A stretch of DNA of 64,000 nt from contig JBLIRG010000001.1 in NCBI GenBank assembly GCA_049472195.1, forward strand, positions 20,522 to 84,521, in the 5' to 3' direction. Of the stretch, positions 29,501-37,212 are shown piece after piece; the stretch's first letter is position 1, and every line of letters starts with the position of its first letter. Below the pieces are notes generated by a model. That model saw only the letters and a list, made by a program, of their open reading frames with translations, did no database searches and was not told where the DNA came from. The DNA is from Thermoplasmatota archaeon (GTDB lineage: Archaea > Thermoplasmatota > Penumbrarchaeia > Penumbrarchaeales > Penumbrarchaeaceae). The translations under genes were made by a program, and so were the position numbers.

Positions 29501-30641
29501 AATTCCCACCCGATGTTTCGGACCATACGTTCTTGTAGCTGAACATATCCACCTGATAAACCTGATAGCCCGATGTGGAATCATCGGTTCCTGCATTGTG
29601 GTAGAATATATTCCGGTAAATCGTGTTGAGCGCACCCCTCTGCCAGTTTATTGCATAGGAAGTGCAGTTTCCGAAATAGTTATTCTTGACGATCCACCTT
29701 GACGGCTGATTTGAGGTTTGAAATTCCGTATCGATGCCCACCGTGCAGTTCTCGAAGGTGTTGTTCTCCAGGTAGCCGTTATCGGAATTGGTCCACTGCA
29801 ATAGACATCCGGTGAAATATATCCCCCTGTTCGCTTCGAAGTAATTGCCGGTAATTGTCAAACGGTAAGTGGCCTGAATCTGCAGCGCGGTCTTTCCGGG
29901 GGACCGGAAAACATTGTCGGTTATCCTCCCGCCGGTATTCCCGTTGGCCAGAAAAACGGTGGAATCCGAGAAAGTACAGTTATGTAGGAATCCCGTTGCA
30001 TGAAATGATTCGTCCCTGAGAGAAACCCCGTTGAACGAGCAGCCCGTGAACTTCTGATTGATCCCCTGATTGTTCAGATATAACGTTGAACCGCCCGAGA
30101 CGGCCGATTTCGAGAAGGTACATTCGGTCACGGTCATCGATGATGTTGCCACGATTTCCATCACGTAATTGCCCGACGGGATATCGTTGACGTGGCATTT
30201 CTTGACGGTGATATACTGGCTGAGATAGGAGTAGAGAAAATGCAGTTTGCCGTCGGAGGTCACGTTCTCGATTATCACATTGTCGGCATTGTAGAGGTAC
30301 AGTCCCCATCTGTCGGTCCAGGATCCCGAATTGAAGGTGATGTTCCTGATGATGAGATGGGAAGTTGTGTTCTTTATCTGGATGTTCGCCGATGATACGT
30401 TGTAATCCGATATGATATACGGGTCCTGCTGGGTTCCCGTCCCGCTGCGGACGACGGAAGGGAAACCGGCGTTTCCGTTCACCACGATATCCGAGGACAT
30501 GTCGTCAACTGCCTCGGCGGGGAGTGTGACAAGGGGCATAAGCATTACGAGTATCATTGATGCCGCCAAAGATACAATTGGAATTCCCCGATCCTTCATG
30601 TAATTGTTCATTGCAACACTAGAAGGTTCATCCTGGCTCAC
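26535..30641 (-). CDS. Giant surface protein: right-handed parallel beta-helix (pectate-lyase/NosD-like) plus Ig-like domains, TM anchor and acidic tail
   Basis: Signal peptide MKDRGIPIVSLAASMILVMLMPLVTLPAEA. Beta-helix repeats are visible (SANIQIKNTTSHLIIRNITFNSG; NVIIENVTSDG; TGCSFNGVS). Ig-like domains follow. A G-rich linker GGGGGGGFGW precedes the TM helix IVAVAAGMAIFLLGLLILAF, which is followed by a cytoplasmic tail ending DEDQEDMEELEELEELEDLE. Confidence 0.8.
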   Translation of the reverse strand: MSQDEPSSVAMNNYMKDRGIPIVSLAASMILVMLMPLVTLPAEAVDDMSSDIVVNGNAGFPSVVRSGTGTQQDPYIISDYNVSSANIQIKNTTSHLIIRNITFNSGSWTDRWGLYLYNADNVIIENVTSDGKLHFLYSYLSQYITVKKCHVNDIPSGNYVMEIVATSSMTVTECTFSKSAVSGGSTLYLNNQGINQKFTGCSFNGVSLRDESFHATGFLHNCTFSDSTVFLANGNTGGRITDNVFRSPGKTALQIQATYRLTITGNYFEANRGIYFTGCLLQWTNSDNGYLENNTFENCTVGIDTEFQTSNQPSRWIVKNNYFGNCTSYAINWQRGALNTIYRNIFYHNAGTDDSTSGYQVYQVDMFSYKNVWSETSGGNFWANHRTPDTDVNGIVDVEYTFPNSGTDYLPYTNPYFDTGRPSISLTVPRGGYSEKSYIRLKWDARDDLSGVGKVYLAVDKSEAEEITDLTERSVFLAEGDHLINLTVFDRAGLYVFNERMITLNTTVEVLSIETPVENEYYDDDPMRIMWSVRTGFPVTNQSLRIDDTIYYLNTVQRVYEESVDEGYHEITVSVTDDQNLSLEKTVGFYADRTPPVITVLSPQPGSVLSNPIVSFNFEATDNVKLSGMMIKIDDGEWEDALQYTTSSRFLKTGGHIFYAKAVDMAGLIAEISVRFTVGGPNGLNILSPYDGQYTSLSSIPFIWEYNGTFSYSEAIVRIGASSDFQPVNELPDGLVYLPYNGDFDIALRLVDEFENYIESIITVVKDDTTPSIVFLEPEQGKPSNERDLLIKWAGLDDWGVSSYSIMIDEEEPIDLGESTEYRVSLEEGTHTISVVATDRAGNMGENRIEITMDYTDPVIELLTPKNGSIFKDPRISFYWKAADDDEIEMLTLTVDDRDEVDLLETDRYTETFSRDSYHTAVLTAVDRAGNMVQATSIFLIDSTPPALLWGLGPGYVSPNNWVNISFMIIEEAGIRELNLSVDGRIFPVPISDDHINISLEDGRYDLALTCVDLAGHRETIESEYPLIVDTTPPNITISEETTVLNGKGVVYWLADGTGSDIQRIEIVVDGEDPVILDSGNTYSTGVLMPGSHAILIRAYDEAGNSGEALWTFEVEEEITDNGGGGGGGFGWIVAVAAGMAIFLLGLLILAFMMIRKRNADEGREQMIIEDAEAPQLSLAKMARNLPPTSGAAVSNLPPPKESDVEDRVDGTGYIRPVKIKEKGAPEVSRHRLRSDGRSIDHGKGDHETLELRGSGRKDIGTPWESERKRILEMEAEGVFVGQQISEDEDEMLKPPPPIPGQEDAEVDIPVWGDDSDEDYYEDGESDNEPADEGSVEPPVPEWEDVEFDEDQEDMEELEELEELEDLE

Positions 30642-30793
30642 TTTATATATATTTTCATACGATTGGTATTACACTCAAGACAAGTTACAAGCGAATATAA
30701 AATGAAAAACTCACAGATCCGCAAATGACTGCATGCAACAAGCGAGGAAACGAAAAAGGAATACGATTCCTTGGTCCATGCAACGCGGGGGAT

Positions 30794-31711
30794 CTAAGGT
30801 ATGCACCTCTCCCTTATCATCTCTATGAGCTTTTCCGGGTCCGATGTTTTCTTGACCTCCGAAAGGCTCAGGACAGGCGTTCCCTCGATGTTCTTGTCCC
30901 TTACCTTCCCCGACACTATCATGACGGATCTCTGTTCAGTTATCTTGCTGAGATCGGAAAGAGCCTCACCCATGTCCCTGAGCCGCGGATTCGTCATTTC
31001 GACCGAGGTCATGAACTGGGATCCGCTCGATCGTGTTATGGCATCGAATGGACATGACATTGTGGGGATCACCTCCATGCCGATAGCATCCAGATGATCG
31101 AATACCTGCTTCTTCAATCCGCCGATCTGATCCATCTTTTCCCTTATGTAGGAAAGCTCCTCCGAGTAAGAAAACGGATCAAGCGGGGATATGAGCACCT
31201 CCCTCAGGATCTCCTCCAGCTTCAGTGCGATCTCAACGGTAGCCCCCATGCCGGATTCGTACATCTGAATCGCCTTCCTGGATACGCCCACCTCATCTGC
31301 CAGGGCTCCCAGGGACAGGTTCATCGCCTCCCTCCTGCTTCTCAGCCTTGCACCGTCAAGGGAAACATAATGTCCGCCCGGCCCGTAGAATATAAGGGGA
31401 GGTATCATCTCGACTATATATTCCCAGAGGGTGTTCAGGGTCATCATGGGAATTCCGTAGCGCAGGTAGAGTACCCCGTCCTGAAAAGCATCGGCCCTCC
31501 TGGAAGGTATGACCAGTATCGGGGATGCCTTGAGGAGGGTGCTCATCATCTTCACGCTGTTGGCACCCTTCCGGTCGATATCGCCCTTTGAGAGCAGCGT
31601 TCTGATCAGGATCAGGGTCGAATCCCTGCGGGCCACTGTATCGTATGAATGATCGTCATGACCTCTGACCTCGCAGTACATGAACTCCCCCTTCTTGAGA
31701 ACGGACCTCAT
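30794..31711 (-). CDS. XRE-type HTH transcriptional regulator (archaeal COG1395-like)
   Basis: The central HTH is LSLGALADEVGVSRKAIQMYESG, flanked by conserved N- and C-terminal domains. 305 aa. Confidence 0.55.
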   Translation of the reverse strand: MRSVLKKGEFMYCEVRGHDDHSYDTVARRDSTLILIRTLLSKGDIDRKGANSVKMMSTLLKASPILVIPSRRADAFQDGVLYLRYGIPMMTLNTLWEYIVEMIPPLIFYGPGGHYVSLDGARLRSRREAMNLSLGALADEVGVSRKAIQMYESGMGATVEIALKLEEILREVLISPLDPFSYSEELSYIREKMDQIGGLKKQVFDHLDAIGMEVIPTMSCPFDAITRSSGSQFMTSVEMTNPRLRDMGEALSDLSKITEQRSVMIVSGKVRDKNIEGTPVLSLSEVKKTSDPEKLIEMIRERCIP

Positions 31712-31859
31712 CTGTTCCTGGATATCGCGTCTTCGGTCTGACAGTCTCTAATCACCCGCAATGATCTATCAACAAATATAGCGTACTACCGGTATAATCA
31801 TTTTGTCCATATGTGAATATATGGATGCTCCACGCTATTGAGTTGAACAGGAAAAGAGT

Positions 31860-31980
31860 GTTGCAGGGGATCTCGGAAGAGAGGATTGTTCAGCATATTG
31901 GAGTGATACACCTAAGAAATAGCTATCCCCCTGCAACGAAGTTCGTATAGCGAGTTGTATGGGGCGATGAACCATACAAC
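31860..31980. other. Two strong hairpins in a 490-nt non-coding region; candidate structured ncRNA or regulatory element
   Basis: GTTGCAGGGGAT (31860-31871) pairs with ATCCCCCTGCAAC (31925-31937) in a 12-bp stem enclosing 53 nt. GTTGTATGG (31954-31962) pairs with CCATACAAC (31972-31980) in a 9-bp stem. There is no ORF of 60 aa or more anywhere in 31712-32202. Confidence 0.25.
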
Positions 31981-32202
31981 AAGGAAGTAAAAGTCTTCAA
32001 TGGTTATAAAGATTGTCGAATGAGTTTGAAAAAACGGTGGAGATTTTGTACTTAAAACAAGTTTTAATCGCAATATATTTTATGAAACCCCCCCCGAATC
32101 CATTTGTGATCCCATGGAAATCACCAATTAACATGCAAGGCCAACGATGGACAAATCTATATAAACAACCTCTTTGATCGCCCGAAAGACAGGAGGAATC
32201 CG

Positions 32203-33126
32203 ATGAAACGAGACCTCATATCAATGATTGACATCAAGGAGGACCTGAAGGACCTCATCGATCTTGCGATCACCATGAAGGGCGAGCGAAAAGAGGGTCT
32301 TGAAAGAACCCCCTTCAACGGGAAGGTGCTCGGCATGATCTTCGAGAAGCCCAGCCTCAGGACCAGGGTTTCCTTCGATGTCGGCTTCAGACAGATGGGA
32401 GGGACCGCGCTCTATCTTTCACCGAACGAGATCCAGATCGGGAAAAGAGAGTCGACATACGATGTCGGAAAGGTCATGTCCCGTTTCGTGGATATGATAA
32501 TGTACAGGGCTTTCAAGAGCAGGGACGTGAGGGAACTGGCTGTACATGCGGACGTGCCGGTCATCAACGGGCTTGATGACGTTGAGCACCCGTGCCAGGG
32601 TGTGGCCGACTACATGACAATGACCGAGTACAAAGGGGATCTGAACGGCAGGAAACTGGCATGGGTGGGGGATGGGAACAATGTACTGCATTCGCTCATG
32701 CTCGGGGGAGCCATTCTGGGAATGAACGTTCATGCCGCGTGTCCGGAGGGTTACATGCCGAACCAGGATATTCTCGAGGTGGCAAGGGAAATCGCCCGGG
32801 AAACCGGCAGCAGAATAGAGGTCACCACGGATCCCGGCCAGGCCGTTTCCGATGCGGATGTGGTGTACACGGACACATGGGTATCGATGGGTGACGAGGA
32901 CGAGAAAGCTGCCAGGCTGAGTAAGTTCAAACCCTACCAGGTGAACATGGAACTCTTCGGAAGGGCAAAACCCGATGCCATATTCATGCACTGCCTCCCG
33001 GCCCACAGAGGCCAGGAGGTTACCGACGAGGTGATGGATTCTTCCAGGTCGGCCGTATTCGATCAGGCGGAGAACAGAATGCACGCCCAGAAGGCCATCA
33101 TGATCAGGCTCGCCGGGCTCAGGTAA
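32203..33126 (+). CDS. argF: Ornithine carbamoyltransferase
   Basis: The STRTR motif appears as SLRTRVSF, with HPCQ (HPCQGVAD) and HCLP (HCLPAHRGQEVT). 307 aa with AGGAGG 6 nt upstream. Confidence 0.9.
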   Translation: MKRDLISMIDIKEDLKDLIDLAITMKGERKEGLERTPFNGKVLGMIFEKPSLRTRVSFDVGFRQMGGTALYLSPNEIQIGKRESTYDVGKVMSRFVDMIMYRAFKSRDVRELAVHADVPVINGLDDVEHPCQGVADYMTMTEYKGDLNGRKLAWVGDGNNVLHSLMLGGAILGMNVHAACPEGYMPNQDILEVAREIARETGSRIEVTTDPGQAVSDADVVYTDTWVSMGDEDEKAARLSKFKPYQVNMELFGRAKPDAIFMHCLPAHRGQEVTDEVMDSSRSAVFDQAENRMHAQKAIMIRLAGLR

Positions 33127-34921
33127 ACCGGGAAGGTATCTCCCAGGTATGATATGCGTTCGCCCGATCGAGCTCCACAAGGGCCATCTTGGCGGGCTGG
33201 GGTTTCAGGTTCATCATTTTCTGGAAGGGTGTCTGGGACTGCCACGTGCCTCCCTGGATAAGCTGGATTCCCTTGTACACGTCGTATCCGTACCTGTGGA
33301 CATGTCCGGAGACAAGTATGTCCGGGACATCCTTGATTATCAGATGATCCTTCTCCTCGGGAGCGAGCTGGTTCCTCATTCCGTACGAGGGGCTGAAATG
33401 CCGGAAGCGGACCATCTCCTTCATTCCCTCGATGGGGTCCTCGTACGTAACGTCCTTGAAAAGCTGTACCAGATCGTCGAGGGATTTCCCGTGATATCCC
33501 GCCACGTGAACACCGGAGAGTTTGAAAAACGATGGATTCGAAAGAAAATGGATGTGGGAATTGGTGAACATATCCTGATATTCCCTGGGCAGGGGGGGCT
33601 GGGGTTCGGCTATCCGCACCGCGTCATGGTTACCGGGTATCATAATGAGGGTCACGTGGTCGGGAATATGCGACATGGCCTCCGCCAGCATCTCGTACTG
33701 CTTATCGATATCGGGTGCGATCAGGTCCTTATCCTGATCGGGATATATTCCGATCCCGTCCACGAGATCCCCGGCCACCACCAGGTACTTGATCCGTCCG
33801 GCCATTTCATCCGAAAGAGATCCGCCGCCCTCGCCGTTGAGCCACCTGATCATTCTGTTCCATTCCTTCTCGAGGAACATCCTCGAACCGATGTGGATAT
33901 CGGACATGAAAGCCGCCAGGAGTCCGTCATCTTCGGAGATCCTTCTCCTGTGGGCCGACGGGAGGTCCGCCTTGAACAACTGGTCGGCGAATACTATTCC
34001 GGACCCGCCCTGATCGCCTGGTTTGTATTTTCCCACCACGCCCACGACCTCATCCTGCACCATCTGAATCCCGGTCAGCTCTCTGCGGTTCTTGTTGACA
34101 AGAAACCTGATATTCCCCGTGGGATCCTCGATATTGACCATTATATGGCCGTTTTTCGTATGCCTGATGTCCTCGATGATCCCGATGATTCTCACGGAGT
34201 CGGGGGTGGTGCCCAGTGCGCCGATATCTTCGGTGGGGGACAGGTCGCCGTACTGGGATCTGAGGATATCCCGAAGGTTCCTGAACCTGTCCAGGAACAT
34301 CCTGTTGAAATCCTCGATCTTCCCCCTTGTTCCCATCTCGCTCGCCGGGTCGAATATCACGCTCACATTCGAATCGACCTCCGCCGCAGGCGGTCTCCCC
34401 CTCCGGCCTGGCGATGCGGAATTGATCAACCTGGTCCTGCTCCTAGATCCGGGGGAGCCGTCCAGCAATCCCTTGACGGCCTTCTCCACCTCGGCAATCG
34501 GTTTGAAGATATCGGGGCCGCCAATTGCCCCATCCATCTTGATTCCGGACGGGATCGCCGCCGCCAGCCTCGAAGCGGGTGATGGAGCTCCACCGGTCCT
34601 CGCTGGCCTATCGTGATGCAGGCTGCCCTCGGCTCGGACGGGTCTGTTGATCGAGGAATCCGCAGGTGCTGATGGATTTGTGCGAGATCCCTGGTCATTC
34701 CCGGAGGACCTGTCCTTTGAGGAATTCATCCTTTCCTTTGCTGTCTTCAAATCCTCCAGGCCCATGATGTCGGATTGGGAGATGAACATGGGCATCTCCC
34801 GGCCGGATTCGAGGGCCTCTACCAGGGTGTCAACGATATCCGGCCTCTCCCTGATCACCTCGTATGCATCGGGAGAAAGGAGTTTGTTGAACTTGGCGAG
34901 CCTGCCGGCTGTTCCCTGCAT
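33119..34921 (-). CDS. DNA polymerase II (PolD) small subunit DP1
   Basis: A C-terminal calcineurin/Mre11-like phosphoesterase domain is present (VVAGDLVDG, IPGNHD, SGHVHRYGY). An N-terminal DP1-type helical segment is present (LLSPDAYEVI). Start set at the internal Met MQGTAGRLAKF; the ORF extends to 35011. Confidence 0.85.
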   Translation of the reverse strand: MQGTAGRLAKFNKLLSPDAYEVIRERPDIVDTLVEALESGREMPMFISQSDIMGLEDLKTAKERMNSSKDRSSGNDQGSRTNPSAPADSSINRPVRAEGSLHHDRPARTGGAPSPASRLAAAIPSGIKMDGAIGGPDIFKPIAEVEKAVKGLLDGSPGSRSRTRLINSASPGRRGRPPAAEVDSNVSVIFDPASEMGTRGKIEDFNRMFLDRFRNLRDILRSQYGDLSPTEDIGALGTTPDSVRIIGIIEDIRHTKNGHIMVNIEDPTGNIRFLVNKNRRELTGIQMVQDEVVGVVGKYKPGDQGGSGIVFADQLFKADLPSAHRRRISEDDGLLAAFMSDIHIGSRMFLEKEWNRMIRWLNGEGGGSLSDEMAGRIKYLVVAGDLVDGIGIYPDQDKDLIAPDIDKQYEMLAEAMSHIPDHVTLIMIPGNHDAVRIAEPQPPLPREYQDMFTNSHIHFLSNPSFFKLSGVHVAGYHGKSLDDLVQLFKDVTYEDPIEGMKEMVRFRHFSPSYGMRNQLAPEEKDHLIIKDVPDILVSGHVHRYGYDVYKGIQLIQGGTWQSQTPFQKMMNLKPQPAKMALVELDRANAYHTWEIPSRFT

Positions 34922-35004
34922 GTAGAAGGGGCATCTCGAGCGGGATGTATTATAATTTCCCGGGGTGGACCAAAAGTATTCATATTCATGTCCCCTTTGT
35001 CCAA

Positions 35005-35154
35005 CGATCACCGGTCCGACCGCATACTTTCGGACGGTTTCAGATCGGACCGTCGGACGTGATGTAGGACATTTCTCCCCTCATGCCGGTACAAATTGAT
35101 AATTTGTCCGACATCTTTTTATAATTAGCGGACGTTTTATAAAATTTGTCAGAC
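35005..35154. promoter_or_regulatory. Cluster of TTTGTC(C/A)nGAC(A) and TCGGAC motifs in the divergent PolD-small/RHH promoter region
   Basis: TTTGTCCAAC at 35005, TTTGTCCGACA at 35103 and TTTGTCAGACA at 35144, the last two with a palindromic TGTC-N-GACA core. TCGGAC occurs three times in 35030-35058. TATA-like sequences lie at 35117-35125 and 35135-35144. The last motif lies between a TATA-like sequence and the RHH gene ATG. Confidence 0.35.
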
Positions 35155-35168
35155 AACGGGGAAGGACC

Positions 35169-35555
35169 ATGGAGAAGGTCGACAAGATAACCATTCGATT
35201 GTCGGGGGAGCAGGCATCAGCACTTGATTCCCTGGTATTGGAAGGTGGTTACAAGAACCGCTCCCATGCCCTCAGAGATTCACTCGACAAGATGGTCCAG
35301 GGTGAAGCAGAGGAACCCAATACGGTCAAGCTCCGTCTGGATGACTGGGTGATCTCCACCATCAACGGCCTGGTGTCCATCGGCATGTACGATTCGTTCG
35401 ATTCCGCCGTGAGGAGATTCCTCAGGGATCACCTGAGAGAGATCAATGTGGACCAGATGCAGGCCGAGCTCGATTGGATGAAGGATTGGGGGGACAGGAC
35501 TGCCAGCACCAAGTCCATCGTCGAATCGGCTTACCGGGATTACGTTAAAAAATGA
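35169..35555 (+). CDS. Tandem ribbon-helix-helix (CopG/NikR-like) DNA-binding protein
   Basis: Two RHH-like segments are present: ITIRLSGEQASALDSLVLEGGYKNRSHALRDSL and DDWVISTINGLVSIGMYDSFDSAVRRFLRDHL. 128 aa. Confidence 0.6.
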   Translation: MEKVDKITIRLSGEQASALDSLVLEGGYKNRSHALRDSLDKMVQGEAEEPNTVKLRLDDWVISTINGLVSIGMYDSFDSAVRRFLRDHLREINVDQMQAELDWMKDWGDRTASTKSIVESAYRDYVKK

Positions 35556-35602
35556 TAGGGAAAGAACTGATGGGATGCCTATCTCTTTGATGGATGCACT
35601 CT

Positions 35603-35656
35603 GTAGGGGCCTATTTTTTTGGGGGGTCGGCCCCTACTCTCCTTCTTTTGTTTTGG
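35603..35656 (+). terminator. Hairpin plus T-rich tract downstream of the RHH gene
   Basis: GTAGGGGCC-(17-nt loop with T7 and G6)-GGCCCCTAC forms a 9-bp stem, followed by tctccttcttttgttttgg. Confidence 0.4.
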
Positions 35657-35666
35657 ACAACCGAAA

Positions 35667-37055
35667 ATGACCTCGACCGTCAGGACCTGCGACCGCAACC
35701 TTGATGAACGACACCATTGTTGTTCATCACTGATGGAACACGGCGATCCGAGGTACGGCATATTCGTATGGATAGATCAAGACAAGGATCGCATCGACGA
35801 AACCCTGGAACTCTGCGAGGCTGCGGGATACTCAATCATCGACGAGCTCAGTCAGGCGAGATCGGAGCCTGATCCCCGGTTCTATATCGGATCCGGGAAG
35901 ATAGACGAGATATCAGATCTGGAATCAGCTGAAAGCGCCGATTACCTGATCATACCCTCGGACCTGACGCCGGACCAGACCTTCCATATGAGAAGGGCGA
36001 CGGGGAAGATCGTGATCGATCGGATCAGGCTGATCCTGGAAATCTTTCGGATGAGGGCAAATACACCCGAATCCAGGCTGCAGGTGGAGCTTGCCGACCT
36101 GAGGCATCAGCTTCCGATCGTGAGGGAGTACGTCCACAAGGGAAAGCTGTCGGAACGGCCCGGTTTCATGGCCGGGGGAGAGTACAGGGTGGATTATTAT
36201 TACGACATGATCCGCAGGAGGATGTCCGCAATATCCACCGAGCTCCGGCAGATCAGAACCAGAAGGTCAAGGACCCGCAGGAGAAGGAGCAGGCACGGAG
36301 TGCATCAGATCTCCATCGCCGGGTACACCAACGCCGGGAAGTCCACTCTCCTGAACTCCCTTATCGAGGACGGAAATGCTGACAAGGAAACGGAGGTCGG
36401 AGCCAGGGTGTTCACCACCCTGTCGACATCGACCAGGAGAATGAATGGCGGGAGGAACTGCCTGATAACCGATACGGTGGGTTTCATCCGCGATCTTCCT
36501 CCGTGGCTCGTGGAAGGTTTCATGTCCACCCTGGAGGAGGTCTTCGAATCGGAGATAATACTCCTTGTGGTGGACCTATCCGATCGGGAGGGCGAGATCT
36601 CAAGAAAACTTGCCGATTCCCTCGAGATACTGGCCAACGGGGATGCCGCGGGCGGAATCATCATAGTCGGAAACAAGCTGGACCTGTGCGGGGGCAGGGA
36701 AGTAAACGAAATTGAGAAGGAGCTATACTCCATGATACGGGGATCCGCATCGGGCCTCATCCGGGGAATATCGCTTGTCTCCGCGGATACCGGGGAAGGT
36801 ATCGACGAACTGATCGGATCGATCCACGGTCTTCTGCCGGTGATGATGAAGATGGATTTCGAGCTGCCGCACAGCCCGGGGGGAGAGGCAGCACTTTCCG
36901 GGATGAGAAAGAGGTGGAGTACCGTGGATGTCGAATACCGAAGCGCCGGGATATCGGGATCCGTGGAGATCGAGGAGAGATGGATCGGAACCCTTCGAAA
37001 ATTGATCGAAACCGGAGGGGGACGATTGATCCGTGAGACCGATTCCTCGAAATGA
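35667..37055 (+). CDS. hflX: GTPase HflX
   Basis: The HflX N-terminal domain is followed by a G-domain: G1 GYTNAGKSTLLNSL, G3 DTVGF, G4 GNKLD. The start is uncertain; candidates are TTG 35619, ATG 35667 and ATG 35733. Confidence 0.8.
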   Translation: MTSTVRTCDRNLDERHHCCSSLMEHGDPRYGIFVWIDQDKDRIDETLELCEAAGYSIIDELSQARSEPDPRFYIGSGKIDEISDLESAESADYLIIPSDLTPDQTFHMRRATGKIVIDRIRLILEIFRMRANTPESRLQVELADLRHQLPIVREYVHKGKLSERPGFMAGGEYRVDYYYDMIRRRMSAISTELRQIRTRRSRTRRRRSRHGVHQISIAGYTNAGKSTLLNSLIEDGNADKETEVGARVFTTLSTSTRRMNGGRNCLITDTVGFIRDLPPWLVEGFMSTLEEVFESEIILLVVDLSDREGEISRKLADSLEILANGDAAGGIIIVGNKLDLCGGREVNEIEKELYSMIRGSASGLIRGISLVSADTGEGIDELIGSIHGLLPVMMKMDFELPHSPGGEAALSGMRKRWSTVDVEYRSAGISGSVEIEERWIGTLRKLIETGGGRLIRETDSSK

Positions 37056-37212
37056 TCATCAAGATAATCACATAGCGTTTATGTACAATTACCATATTTG
37101 ACTGTTTGACTGACCATTCGACATCGGGTGTGAAAAACTGATCGGAAAACGGAAGACCGCGGCGGCATCCGCCCTCATTCTATCGCTTGTCACCCTCATA
37201 TCGATCCTGGGA

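Noticed and set aside
28905-29702. 265-aa plus-strand ORF
   Set aside because: It is antisense to the beta-helix surface protein gene. It has no start context or motifs.
33149-34582. 477-aa ORF on the plus strand
   Set aside because: It lies entirely antisense to the PolD small-subunit gene. PolD is strongly supported by phosphoesterase motifs (GDLVDG, GNHD, GHVH), and the antisense ORF has no motifs. Long antisense ORFs are expected in GC-rich coding DNA.
35570-35620. Possible box C/D sRNA (two TGATGG motifs about 20 nt apart)
   Set aside because: The motifs are UGAUGG rather than UGAUGA. No CUGA D or D' boxes are found in the right positions. The region is better explained as a terminator hairpin for the RHH gene.
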